Shown: positions 36,885 through 50,413 of the stretch, one piece after another
How positions within the stretch are numbered: position 1 is the first letter of the stretch
Layout: the number at the start of each line of letters is the position of its first letter
DNA from: Callorhinchus milii
Lineage: Eukaryota
Assembly (NCBI RefSeq): GCF_018977255.1
Contig: NW_024704762.1
Location: 5,270,001 to 5,334,000 of the forward strand
Direction of reading: 5' to 3'
DNA: 64,000 nucleotides
The notes under the pieces: generated by a model
Seen by the model: the letters and a program-made list of their open reading frames with translations, nothing else
Database searches by the model: none
What the model was told of the DNA's origin: nothing
Position numbers and translations under genes: made by a program

Positions 36885-39800
36885 CTAGCTGGGCCTGTAT
36901 CCAGGAGCGTATGGCGGAGGGATCAAATATTCTTCGGGCAGATGGCCACTCTCTCCCAAGCACTCCTCGTCTCTCCCATGGCAGAGACCTCCTGCAGCAA
37001 AGTCAGTCTCAGCACTGGGCAAAGCCCAAGGAGTGGAGGGCAGCGGAGTGTGGCCAGGTGGCTGGGTGGCCATTGTATCAGCTCTTGTGTGCCTTGGAGG
37101 GTGAAGCGTGCTCACTTGTTGGGGCTCCCGGTTCCTCTGGTCCAGCGTGGAGTACACGTTTGTGTTTCTCGAGGCAGAGCAGACGTTTTGAGCCGAATTG
37201 CAGCAGCCCTGAGGGGCGCTGGGTTGGTACCTTTGGGGTTCTGGGTCTCTGACCCTGATTGCACGATGCTTGATTTCGGAAAATTTGGAAATAATTTCTT
37301 TGATATTAAGGAGAGCGGTTTGGCCCTTCAGTCTGGCCGAAAGGCTGCCTCCTTCTCCTCCTCCTCCTGATGCTGCCTCTGGGGCACTTGCCGTGTTACC
37401 TTGAGACGTCATCCCTAGACTTGGCTGCTGAGGGCACCAAATGGGAGGTTGACTCTGCAACCTGCGAGCGTGCTGGGCAACGTCAATCTCACTGTAAACG
37501 TCATCCTGGGACGCGACCATCTTCTGCTTCTGTCCTTCGGAGCTTGAGTTTCTCTGGGCTCCGTCAAAGCCAGCCCCCTCCTCGGAATTGTGTCTCGGAA
37601 GCGTTGTGGCTGGAAGATGAGAAGCTGTCGTCTGCAATGACAATGCAACACATTGACCGGCTCCGACATTGATCAGACCAGGGGAACGGCGCACTACACT
37701 ATCGGGGATGCCGTCCTTCGGGTGAGATGTTAAACCGCAACCCCCTTCTGCCTCTTCATTAAACATACCCCCTTTTTTTTTTTCCATGCAAAGAGTAGTG
37801 GAAATCTCAAACTCTCTCCCCGAAAAAGACTGCTGATGCTGGATCGATTGAAATTTTCAAGACTGTGTTGGACAGAGTTTTGTTTTAGGGAAGGTTATCG
37901 AGGGATATGGAGCAAAGGCGGGTCAATGGAGTTGAGGTGCAGGCCAGCCATGATCTAATAGAATGGCAGAACAGGCTCGAGGGGCTTAATGGTCTACTCC
38001 TATGTTCCTATGCTATGACACTATTTGAAAAGAATAGGGCGTTTCTCCCAGTGTGCTGGACAGCAAATACCCTGTGCGCAAATGGGCTGTTGTGTTCGCT
38101 GCAAAAACACCATCACTACACTTTACAGTGAAGCCCGTGAAGCACTTTGATACCTCCCGACGTGAAAGACACTTTATCAAATGCAACTATTAGTATCATC
38201 CAAAATTGCATGAAATATTCCAGGTGTGGCCCAACCAATGTCTTATACACAACAACAACAACATTATATCTATATAGCGCCTTTCACATCGGGGGGAACG
38301 TCCCAAGGAGCTGGACAATCAGTGTTTCGGACCCGAGCTGGGGGTCGGGATCGGTGAGGGTGGAGAGCAGGGGGTTGGAAGGAGGGTGACCGAAGGCACG
38401 ATCAAAGAGGAGGGTCTTGAGACCGTCTTGAAGGAGGCAAGGGAGGATTCCTTACTTGTTACTCAACCCAGAAGAATACTGTAAGAACAAGATAGCAGAA
38501 CAATAGACAGCCACCCCTCCTAGTAATTTATTTGAACAGTACATTGTTTCCAGGTGACTGTTCTGAACTTGCCCTTTACGCACCCTGAACCCATGCCATA
38601 TTGTTCTGGGCTATATCAAATGCAAGGATTATTATTATTAATTATCATTATGATATTCACACCTGACATTTTGCGCTCAACAGCTAATAGTAATCACTAC
38701 AATTGACCTGAATTAGGGCGACCATATTTTGTGAACCAAATTTGCGAACAAATACTATATTTTGAACAATACAAAATTGAACTCACCATAATTCCAGAGG
38801 CCAGCAATTACTAGAGAAGCTTGCTGGGTTAATGTCAGTGTTTCTCTGACGAGCGTATCTGTTTTTAGGATTTTATCGTTCTTGCTCAGTTTGTTGCTGA
38901 ACTCAAGACGGGGCAAATTTAACCCCGGGACACAATAGCCCATCTTGTCCTCGGAAATCAGGGTGGTGTGGACACCCTACCTAAGGGTGGGCAGGATTAA
39001 TAATAATCCATGCATTTGATAGTGCGCCTTATCATGTCGTTAGGACGTCTCAAAGCGCTTCAGAGAATATACTGTAAAGTGGATTGACTATGTAAACTTG
39101 TGGGTGAAACGAGGCAGCCAATTGCGCACAGCAGTGTCTCGCAAACAGTCGTGGATTGAGTGACCACATTTCATTAAATCAAGCTTTGGGCGATGGGGGA
39201 AGAAGAAATGTAGGAACCCTGTGGGGGAGGAGGGAGAAATTAGCGAATGAGACTGTGACACTCACCGCCTTGGGTGTGGGAATCTGGTTCCCCTGTAGCA
39301 ATGCCCTGAGTTCACTTTGGAGCGATGGGTACAGTTTTTTCACAGGCCCTCTGCTGTCATCACTGGCTGCCACTGGGACCCGGCTGGGGATCGTTGGGTC
39401 GAGCTGGGCGCCTGGGCTGACGACCAGCCCTTTCCGGGAAGGCAGTGGGGGAGGAACCAATGTGCCCGCCTGGAACTTGAGTGGTTTTGGCAGCAGCAGA
39501 GGTTTAGCAGCCGCTGGAGAAGCAGAGCTCGGTGACAGTGGGGCGATGTTGGCGGCAGAGAAACAGCCCGAAGGCGACGTCAGTCGTTCTTTTCCCAACG
39601 CAGGGCTGAGCGAGCACGGTTCTCCGCTCCTAGTCTTCACCTGAGAGAGAGAGCTCGACGTTAAATAGCGCACAAGAGCAAAGCCTCAGAGATTCTAGTT
39701 ACAGTGGAATGTTTGAATAAGCCACAGCCACAGTCTTGGAACGATTTTACATCAAAGGCGATGCTTTACTCTGTGGGTGTTTTGCATTCTGTGCCTTGAA

Positions 39801-42287
39801 GTTGACAGATCGTGTTTGCTTCTCGCAAACACAGAATCACGGTCTAGCGAATTAGCGTGTGGCTAAGTGCTGCATATTCCCGGATATTCTGCATATATTC
39901 GAACTGAGGCATTAAAAGGCACTGCTTTAGTACTGAAAAAGCATTGAATCTGTATCTTTTTTTAAATAAACTCTTTTGCCTGGTAAACCTGGGCTCTCTG
40001 TGCTTCCCAGTAAACATCTGCTTTCGAATAGGCTGTAATAAACGCTTGGAGAAGTTATCGCTCAATCCTGTGCAGTTAATGTGTGCATTGGGATAACCGC
40101 TGTCATCTAACCAGCTAAAGCCACGTAGCTTGCCATTGAGAGCACTGACCATCTGCGTAGGGCTCAGAGCTGAACTGGGGCTCAGGTAAAACTGCGAGCA
40201 TCGCCAGATCTGGGTTTGTTACACAGGGTCTTACAACCATGTTCCAACTCATTCTTAGGCCACAGCCGACTCGGAGTGTTCGACTTACCAGATCCGGAGT
40301 TGGTAAAAGCAACGAACCTCCCAACGCCACTGGTTTGTGTTGACTCACCTGCCCGCAGGGGACTGTAAGATACTCGTCGTAGGGCCTGATAGGAACGTGA
40401 GTGTGAAACGACACCAGCTCCTGCAGTGACCTGTGAACCCGCGTCTCTCCGGAGATAATACAGCGAGCGTCTGGCATCACGTCGATCATGAAATGTCGGA
40501 ACTGAACGGGGCCCCTGAGCAAGAACAAAACCACCCCGAGGTTTAACGGGCAACTGTACTGAGGGTCCTTAACAATCAGTGAAAAAGTAATAATAGCAAT
40601 GATAATTATACTAATAATAATCACGTCGTTAAGACGTGTCACTGAGATTCACAGAATATATTATGAAGTGAATTGACGGTATATTTTCTGGGCGAAACGC
40701 GGCAGCCTATTGTGCACAGCAGCGTCCCACGAACAGTCATAGATTGAGTGAACAATTTTTTTTTTGGGGGGGGTGTTAAGTGATTGTTAGACCGGTAAAA
40801 CGATCCACCAATCGACTAAACAACCAGGTTCCTACTTACTGCTAGGTAAACAGAGGACTACGTGGAGTAAGGAAACTTGCCCAATGCTTCGGTCCTGCCC
40901 GGGCATCAAACCTGGGTATCGAGGCGAGCACACACTAACCACTGCACTACGGGTCTCCGTGTATAGTCTGACAGTGACTTTCACCCACAACACTTGAGAA
41001 CGTAAAGGTAAAGCCCGTGACGATATACTTATGACTAAGCAACATTCAGAGATGTATTTTGAAACATCTTTTCCCACTGAAGTGGTTTGAGGCGTCGCTG
41101 ATGGAGAGACAAACTGCCCCTTTACTTTAAGTCCCAGCTGTTGCTCACCTGAAGGACAAGGTATAGCCATTCCGACTCTCACTGAATCGCACGAGAAAGC
41201 ATCCCAGAGGCTTATCCTGCAGTAACTCTTCAGCATGTCTGTCAGAGGGAGAACAGAACGCAGAGTGAGTGAGGGCGAGTCAGAGAGAGATCATCAGAGC
41301 GTGCACTAACTAGTGGGGCTGTAGACAGAGGGTACCAGTGAGGCTAAGCTAAAGGATATTACAGTGAGGAGCAAGCTTTAGAGAGGTTGGGAGTTGCCTT
41401 TCAGTGACGGGGTCACAAGACAAATGCTGGTGTTCAGATCGCGTGTTGAGAAAACACCAACGCAGACTCGCTGAGCCGAATGGCCTGATTCTGGGCTGGA
41501 AAAAAAAATCAAGCGTTCTATAATTCCCTAATTCTATTAGACGCGGATTCCTCCTGGCCTGATGACGAGACGTGGGTCAGACAAACCCACGGGAAGCCCG
41601 ATTTACACACAGTTCATTTCCAGAGCAGGTCACTGTGGAGTCCTGAAGTGGTTCTTCACTAACAAAAATATCCGCAAACTGGACTCGGACCTGCTTCTGA
41701 CATCTCGACCACTGGCTCAGTTGCTCACGTGTCCGTCCCCCCCGCCCCCCCACCCCACCCGCCCGCCACACACTCTCAAGGCAGATTCGATCGGCTCAGG
41801 GTCATGTCGAAACACCAGTGTGCAAGTAGCGATATCAGTTTAAATCGTATTGTACTCCATGCATTTTTTGCTGGTTAACACAACTCCCAAGCCTCGGCTC
41901 TTGCCAACCTGCCCCTAATACTTTCCGGAATTGTGTAAGCAGGATGCATCCCTCCAAGGGAGAGAGCGAGAAAGAGAGGGAGAGAGAGAGTGTGCATACC
42001 ATTCCAACAATCTATCTCTGGGATTTCCATGTGTGCGTGGGATGCATGGAAACCTCAGCTTCGCTTGGATACTCTCGAGCACGGTGATCGGTTTCCGCGT
42101 GTGTCAGACCCAAGTAAATACTGTACGAGGCTCACCTCCTGGAGATGTTCCCGTGAAGCCACTCTGGGAGGTGATGGGTACTCATACCCTGTATAGCCTG
42201 GCCCTCAGCAAAGCCATCGCCAGCAGGATTGCCACTCAGTCTCATCTCCGAGCGAGCCATCAAACCATCCTCACTCAGCCACTGATC
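36885..42287 (-). CDS. HSH2D: Hematopoietic SH2 domain-containing adaptor (ALX/HSH2)
   Basis: Exons 42287-42136 (…LPEWLHGNISRR), 41238-41149 (HAEELLQDKPLGCFLVRFSESRNGYTLSFR), 40514-40349 (…RHFMI…LTVPCGQ), 39640-39266 (Pro-rich) and 37631-36885 (…LPEEYLIPPPYAPGYRPS*; human ends LPEEYQQPPPFAPGYC). The start is either ATG 42260 or lies in candidate upstream exon 42874-42748; a candidate UTR exon is at 43314-43238. Convergent with CIB3, as in human. Confidence 0.9.
40600..40958 (-). mobile_element. tRNA-headed SINE (long subfamily)
   Basis: Colinear with 32964-33346. Confidence 0.8.
41885..42112. repeat. Unclassified ~230-bp dispersed repeat copy
   Basis: Clearly similar to 50414-50610 (TCTTGCCAACCTGC…TAATACTTTCCGGAATT…GTAAGCAGGATGC…CCATTCCAACAATCT). 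Confidence 0.8.
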
Positions 42288-43459
42288 CTAGAAAGGAGAG
42301 AAAGGAATCGACCTCTGTCACAGCTCATTCCGCGTCATTCCAGCCCATCGCAACTCATTACCAAACAAGCCAGACCTGTTTACCTTTCCCAGATACACAA
42401 CAGGAGAGTCAGGTAAACCTGACATTCAACCCGTGGGTGATGGGTATGTTTTAGTTGTTGGATTCAGGGGTGCAACGAACGGAATAAAACTCACTTATCC
42501 AATCATTCACAGTTTCGGTTATGAAGTGGGATCACAACAGTGCACACAGCCTGGGTTTAGTGGAGTTGGCTATCTCCTTGGGAAGGGGAGGTAAGCAGAG
42601 TCTCCTTGGACCTGAACTAATAATAATAATAATCCTTGCATTGAAAACCTTGTCACGCAAAAGGGGAGGGTGTGGGTGGTGGTTGACTATCGTAGCTGTC
42701 ACTCATCAGGGAGGCCGGGATCTGGGCGGCAATTGGCTGCCACTCACCTGGGTGTCAGGCTCTGGGGTATTAAATAGCGGGAGCCATTCACGAAGGGGGA
42801 CAAAGGGAAATTTCCCCATTTCCCATACAACCGGCCCCATCCCATCCCCCGACATGTGTCAGACACCCGGCCTCCTGAAAAAACATTAGTAGAGCGAGCG
42901 ATGTGTACACATGGGTTTCGATGCGGTGTGTACACTGTGCACATCATACATAATAGTAATCCACAGCGCATAGAATTACATAACGCTTGAATTCTCCAGC
43001 CCAGAAACAAGCCATCAGGTCCGAGCTGGGCAGGTGATTTATTTTCCCATTGAATCTGATCGCACTCTCTCTCTCTCTCTCCTGCCCATAAAACACACAG
43101 TCACTTGCACTTTGGCAGCAAATCCCGTGAAGCGCTTTGGGACGTCCTCCCGACGTGATAGACTCTCTGCACCAAATCGTAAGGATTATTATTATTATTA
43201 TTATTATTATTTGGTGTCTGCCAAAGAGACGACATACCTTGGGACCCAGAGTGCGAGTGTGGAGTTCTCCTGCGCGCAGTTCTGTGGGTTACTGCGGTCT
43301 AAGATCGGACGTACCTGTGGAAAGAGACCGGCTCTTCCTTCCGGAGCGTGTAAAATGAAACCGGGAGTCAATGACCTTTAATACTCCTGCTCGCTCGCTT
43401 TATTTGTCGACCCATCACTGGGTGTGACTCCGAACAGGTGGGGAAAGCGACGCTGTTAC

Positions 43460-43473
43460 GAGGAAGTGAAACC
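43460..43473 (+). promoter_or_regulatory. ETS-IRF composite element (PU.1/IRF) upstream of HSH2D
   Basis: GAGGAAGTGAAACC matches the GGAAnnGAAA consensus; about 150 bp from the most 5' candidate HSH2D exon. Confidence 0.6.
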
Positions 43474-46400
43474 AGCAAACAAATAAATCGCGGGTAAACC
43501 GGATTAACTGTTTCACCACCAGACCGTCCGAAGAAACTCCAGAGCGCTGCACTGTCGGAGGCACTGTCCTTCGGGTTGGGACGTTTAAACCGAGGTCCTG
43601 CCTGCCTGTCCAACAGCAACAGCAACAACAACAACAACTTGTGTTTATCTCGCGCTCTTCTTCACGCTGAACAGCGTTCGGGTGGACTATTTGAAAAGTG
43701 AAGGGAGTTGTCCTGTCAAGTGCCTTGAAGTCAAGGAGAAAGGGTGTTGTGTCAAATGCCAGGAATATTATCGGTCGTAACGAATACAGTTGTTCTGTTC
43801 GCTTCACTTGACGGTAATGACTGTAATGTAAACGCCCAGCTGTATGCACCGAGACGTTTAGGAATCACACCCTGCGGTCGGACCCGGTTGCTGAATATTA
43901 TACGGTGTATAAATCAGGACGCAGCAGCAAATTACATTTGTGTAGCGCCTTTCACGTCGGCAGGACATCCCAAGACAGTGGACAGTCAAGGATTTGGAGT
44001 TCACGAGGGGTTAAACACAGTTTTCCCCCCATACAGTTTCCTCCAGTCACAGTCCTGTGGGAGTGACAGGAGAGGAAGGGTGTGGTGGGTGGGGGGGGGG
44101 GGATTGCAGAAAGGTATTTTATTTGAATAAAACACAATGAAACCGAGGGCCAACTTAGACAATGCAGAACTAGGCAAAGCTCCCACACTATTCGCAGGAG
44201 ACGAGAGTCGGACCAGACAAAGGAGCCACGTTAGGACAACTAACCGTGAAATACGAGTGGATTTGGGTCGGTCGGTGGCTCTAAAATCTTCCTGATAAAG
44301 AGATGACAGGGGGAATCGGCAAGGCCAGAGTGTGTCAGAGCCACCTGGTGTGTGGGGGGAGTCAATCTACAACAACAACTTGCATTTATAGCGCCCTTCA
44401 CGTGGGGCAGCATCTCGGGGGGCGCTTAATAGCGGGAGTCTGACGCTGAGCTGGTGGGTGGGGTGATGGTGGGGGGGGGGGCGGGGAAGAGAGAGGGGAT
44501 GTGACCGTAAGCGCTCTGAGACGCTATCCCGCGTGGAGGGCGCGATATAAGTGCAAGTTGTTGTTGTTGTGGTAAGCGCGGTCAAACAGGAAGGTCTTCT
44601 GCTGGACGTGCCGAGGACACGGAGAGCTCAGAGTTGGCCGAGGGAAATTTCGGCACCGACACATTTTACGGGGAAGCTTTTCTTTACGCAGAGGGGGATT
44701 AACAACCGGGACAGGTCAACAGGACGGACGTGTGCGGTTGCGGTCGAGTCCAGGGCTCATTTTATAAACAGCTTGGTGTTTTGATGGAGGGATGAGATCA
44801 GATGGGCCGAAGCATCTCTTGTTATATCACGTGGAAAAATGACCAATTTTGAAGTGTGGATGCCCAGAAATTACCACCGAAGGAAGAGACCTTGTGCTTT
44901 TGTAGCTCATTGTATCAAAATGCCAATACTTTCATTTGGAACAGTTCCTGATATAAATTGCAGCGGAAGTGTTTTGGCGGAGAGCACTCAACTCGTTTCC
45001 CGCACAGCAGCGATGGCCCACGCGGTGAGTGACCAGTTCTTACCCGGAGGACGGTTGGCCAAGAAACCCAGGAGAAACTTAACTTCTCTTTTCAACGGTG
45101 TCAATGGGAACAATCTTCACCCACCTCCTACCGGGCAGAGAGGCAGCAAACTGCTCGAGCTTCCGACAACACGGAGCTTCCCCAGCCTAGACTGTGCGAG
45201 TTCAGAGTCCCAACGTGGGGGCTTGAACCCACAACCTTCTCACTCGGAGGCGAGAGCGCTACTAAATGAGCCACCCAATTGAAAATGTACCGTACAACAT
45301 GCAGCTTGGTCTACAGAACGTGGACTGCAACGTCCTCGCGTATCAGAGTTTCCCAGTGCTGTCCCGGTGGGAAATATAGACTTTGTACCTCGCTGAGCTA
45401 AGCCGCACTCCCTGCTCCGCGCAGGCGGGTAGGACACAAACCGAATCCGCCATTCGCTTTGCGGCTCTTTGTGGGACGTCTCTGTGTGCAAATTGGCCGC
45501 TGCATTTGCCTACAAAATACACACTCGCTGAATTTTCGAGTGAATCCTGCGAAGCTCTTGGAAACGTCCTCCTGAAGTGAAAGCCGCTGCACTCCCACTC
45601 CCCTTAAATCGAACGGCGACACGCTGATGAGAAGAAATAATAATAATAATAATTGCATTTGATACAGCGCTTTTTCACGGCTTCCAGACGTCTCAAAGCG
45701 CTTCACAGGCTATACTGTAAAGTGGAGTGACTGTGTAGTTTGTTGGCGACCCTCAGATAACACCGGTCATTCGCTTCATGGCTGTTTGTGGGAAGCCGCG
45801 GGGGGCAATTTGGCTGCCACCAATATCCCATCCAGACTCCAGCCACGAGTGATAGTGCATGCACGCCCACAGTCACTACACTCTGCAAGAACAGTCTGTG
45901 AAGTGCCTAATGATCCATTTGATAATTGTGCTTTGCCAAGTCGCTGCGACGTCTCAAAGGGCTTCCGGTGCAGCGACTGCGTATTTGTAGGCGGATGCGG
46001 CAGACAGCAAATTATAATTACTCCTGCTGAGCACTAATTAGGTATCTCGCGCTCAGAATAACCCCGCAACCCGGGGCTGCCATTAACTGCTGTCAAGAAC
46101 TACAGGACGTAATTCGGTCACTCAATCCACGGCTGTTAGTGGGAACAACTGGACAGGCAAGATGCGCAGTCAGTCCACTTTTGCAGTACATGCCGTGCAG
46201 CGGTTTGGGACGTTGCAACGAGGTGATAGGGCGCTGTACCGATCGCAAACTCAAGGCTTTACCAGGAGGATAAAAAGAAAGTGTGTTTTTCCCACCTGTT
46301 CCAGGTGGCTCAGCCGCCAACAGCAACCACAGCGCTGCCTGGTGGCCGTAAAAATGGAACCTCAGGTGTCGCGCCACCCAGCGGTTCCCGTGACTTTTAC

Positions 46401-47556
46401 AAAGGAACATAGGAACCGGAGGGAGGCCATTCAGCCCCTCGAGCCTGTTCCGCCATTCTCTAAGGTCATGGCTGATCTGCACCTCAACTCCAATTTCCCG
46501 CCCTCGCTCCACATCCCTTGTTGAGGCACTTACCCAACGGATATCTATCCACTTCAGTCTTATCCATCCATCTCAACAACAACAACAACAACAACAATAA
46601 ATGACATTGGTATCGCACCTCGCTCAGTTTTCTGGATGTGCGCAGCCCAGCGCGAGGGCCAGAACTAACTCCAGGTCGCTCTCTGCTGCACTTGTTACCC
46701 CCCCAACAACAGCAACTACTTGCATTTATACAGCAGGGCTGCACCTCGGAGGGTTCAAACCCTCTTCGCCCGTCTTCAAGCTGCACCGGAAGGCTTCCCC
46801 TCTTCAACCATACCACGTTTGACTCCCCTTTCTCCCTGGCTCCCCGTCAAACTCCATCATTGTCCAGCGCTCCGAGACGCTGACCCGGGTCGAAGGGCAC
46901 TATATAAACGCCAGTTGCCGTTCGACTGAAGAAAGTAATAGCCGATTGTTACCGAGATATAAAACCGCACAATGCCTCAGAGATGATATAAAGCTTATTT
47001 CCGCCTTCTCCTTTACGTTAACACTTTATTCCAACAGTTGGCGTTCATTGAAAGAATTAATGTCACACCTGAATCAACACAAGCCCTGATTATAACACAT
47101 TCATTGCTTACAAAGATTCATTGCATCACAATATCAGACAGAAAGAACACCATGGGAATTATTTGTGGCGTGCGGTGCCACCTCGTAGCTAATACCTGCC
47201 ACTGCAACCATTCACCATTTGCAAGAGACATTTCTCACAATAGCCCAGTTGGGGTTTAAAGATTAAAGCGAACGGTTAATGCAAAGCATCAAATCTCCAG
47301 AGTCTATTTGGGCAGGGAATTAAACTTTCCACCCCACAAAGAATGCATCTGCACTTTCGGTATAACCTGTCCCATTACCATGTGTCAGTGTGCGACACTG
47401 TAAACGTTACACATCTTGATGTCGATACCCCAACCACCGTTAACCAGTTGTTAAACACCTTGGTTCAAAAAATTGCCTTTAGTTACAAAACGTCTTTAGA
47501 ACATAGTCTGTTAAAGTTATTATAAACGACATACAATTATGTTCAGGTGTGACCCC

Positions 47557-47761
47557 ATTCCCAGGTACAGGTGTGTGTCTCTTCCCAGGCACAGGTACAG
47601 GTGTGTGTCTCTTCCCAGGCACAGGTACAGGTGTGTGTCTATTCCCAGGCACAGGTATGTGTCTATTCCCAGGTACAGGTACAGGTGTGTGTCTATTCCC
47701 AGGTACAGGTGTGTGTCTATTCCCAGGCACAGGTGTGTCTAGTCCAAGGTACAGGTGTGTT
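47557..47761. repeat. Minisatellite, about 8 units of 22-30 nt (TTCCCAGG(C/T)ACAGGT[ACAGGT]GTGTGTCT)
   Basis: Directly visible tandem units; a lone related unit at about 48430-48447. Confidence 0.95.
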
Positions 47762-48076
47762 GAGTGGCAGCTTTTTATTCCTTCCTGTGATTCGCTCTGT
47801 TGTAGTTTCCGCCCAACACACACAAACTCCCTCCCCCCCCCAAATAAACAAATGTTCTTCCGTTATCCCAGCTCCTGGGAACGGTTGGTTTTACGGTTAG
47901 ACTTTGAGCTGCTGATCCGGGGGCTGCGGTTCGGGGCTGAATCTGCAGGTCAGTTTCAAAAGAGAAAGTTCCTTCTGTTCAAGATGTTGGGACTAAGTTC
48001 TGGGTCTGGTTTGCAGGCATTTGGGATTGATTTCATGTTTCTTTTGAGACACATTCCTTAAAGTCAGGAAGGGATG

Positions 48077-48109
<33 letters not shown>

Positions 48110-48524
48110 GTGGTGGAGGAGGAACAAGAGAGAGATAGAGAAATGGACACAAGAAGGGTTAGGGGATCAGGGAGATAGATAGATAGAGAGAGAGGAGCCA
48201 TTTACTGAAGGTCACCCGCAGCTTTATTAACAAAGTAAGTGACACACCCACTCATTCTACGATAGAGGAAGACAGAAGGGGATAATGGATGTTCTTGGCA
48301 AAGGGTTAAACCAGGTCAGAAAGAACATCGAGTGCTGAGGAACAGAGGAGATCCGATGTGCGAGTCTGTTGCTGGACAGTTGGACAATTTTGTGTGTGTG
48401 AGAGAGAGAGAGAGACGGGTATCCCTAGCCCCAGGTACAGGTGTGTTAAGCCCGGCTTAGCTACTCTCATGTCACCCCTCGATCGGACGTCATCTTGTAT
48501 AATCTAGGCTGACTCTCCAGTGCG

Positions 48525-49134
48525 CCAATACTTCGCCCCAAACGCCATTGAAACCCCTGGTCCATGACTTTGTCACCTCTCGGCTGGACTACTCTTAATG
48601 CCCTCCTCCCCTCCACCACCATCCATAAAATCCAAATCATTCAAGACTCTGCCGCCCGCATTCTCACCCGTACGAAACTCCGCTCCCCGATCACCCCAGT
48701 CCTGGCCAGACTGCACTGGCTGCCTATCCCAGAGAGGATCGACTTCAAGATCCTCACCCTTGTACTCCAATCCCTCCACTCCTCATCATCCCCCGACCCC
48801 TCTGACCTCCTCTCTCCTCAAAACAGTACCCGTTGCCTTCGTTCCTCCGGGTCTGGCCTCCTCCTCGTCCCCCGAGTCCTCCGCTCCACCCTCGGGGGCC
48901 GTGCCTTCAGCCACTATGCCCCGAGGCTCTGGAACTGCCTTCCTCACTCCCTTCGTTTCGTTCCCCCCTTCCCATTTTCGGGTCTCTGCTGAAGACCTTT
49001 CTTTTCGACTGCGCCTTTGGTCACCTCTCCCCCCCCCTCCCCCCGGCTCGGTCCCGGGATCCGTTACTGTGAAGCGCTCTGAGACGCCGTCCGGCGTGGA
49101 GGGCGCTATATAAATCCAAGCTGTTGTTGTTATT
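48525..49134 (+). mobile_element. L2 LINE 3' fragment
   Basis: ORF2 C-terminus (IQDSAARILTRTKLRSPITPVLARLHWLPIPERIDFKIL…APRLWN) and tail with (GTT)n. Confidence 0.9.
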
Positions 49135-50413
49135 GCTGGGTCTACGATGTGTTGTCGGAGGTGCCGTCCTTCAGGTGAGATGTTAAACCGAGGTCCCGCC
49201 TGCCTGCTCAGGTGGACGTTCAGGATCCTGCGGCGCGATTCAAAAAGTCGAGGGAGTTTCTTCCCACCCACCAACAATCCCCCGAACAAAATCGGTCACC
49301 TCACCTCGTGTCTGTTTGTGGGACTTTCCTGACGGCAAATTGGCTGCTGCGTTCACCTGCAAAAACATACATAGTCTATCGTGCGGTGATAGTGATAGTG
49401 ATAGGTGGTGCCAGGGTGACATCTGTGTGCGTGTCTTGATCATTGCCCCTGTCATCTCTTGTTTCGATCCAGCCCCCTTGAGACATGTTACCCACCCCCC
49501 GCCCCCACCCCAGCCCCACCATAGTAAAGTGTTTCCGTGACTCTTTGTACGTGCGCCAATGGTTTTAAAACAAACTTCATAATGAAAGGTTTAATAATTC
49601 ACCTCTCCATCAAACATTAATTTTGCCCAGAAAATATACAGTCAATTCACTTTGCAGTGTATCCTGTGAAGCACTTTGAGATGTCTCGCAGTCGTGATAA
49701 GGCGCTGTATCAAATGCAAGGATTATTATTATTATTATTATTATTAATAATCGAGCTTTGTACAGCGGTGAGGAGGATGGGAGAGAAGGGGGTGGGTGGT
49801 GGTGAGCCTGAGGCAAAGCCTGAGGCAAAGCCGAGTGAAGATACAAACTCTCCTCTTTACCTGCATTGCCCCGTCTCCCCCAAGTTCCTCCTCCCCGTTC
49901 CTCCTCTCTCACCCCCTTCTCCCTCCTCCCTCCCTCTGGCTCGGCATCAGGCTCCGCCACTGTTAAGCCCCCCCCCACACGCACACAATACGCTGCCCCC
50001 TGTATCAATGCAAGTTGTCGTTGTTGCGTCTGACCCCTTTTCAAGGTCTACCGTGAGGGGGTGTGGGGGAGATTATTTAACCCCCCCCTCCACCACCTTG
50101 GATGAAAATCGAGATCAGTATGTTTGGGTGTGTATATGTGGGTGTGTATATGTGGGTGTGTGGAGGTGACTTTCATTGTGTTGACTAGAGTCGAGGCGTT
50201 GGCTCCGGCCTCCTCCCTCCCCTTTGCGTACTGAGCTCACTGGGAAACCGTTGGACAACAAGAACCGGCTCACATCCCCCGTTGATACAACAAGTAGACC
50301 AGATCTCTGTTGTCAGCGGGCTCTGCCTTTGATATACGAGGTTGTCACAAGTCAAGTTGTGGTTACAGCAGAGCATTGATAACCTGATCTCTTCCTGTAA
50401 GCTCTCACAGCTT

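Noticed and set aside
41559-41575. CTGATGA as a second hammerhead core
   Set aside because: No GAAA box or helices follow.
47176-47192. CTCF-like motifs (also near 44340 and 61180)
   Set aside because: Mismatches in the core; indistinguishable from chance without data.
47549-48061. CRISPR-like array or repeat protein
   Set aside because: No unique spacers, eukaryotic context, simple tandem units.
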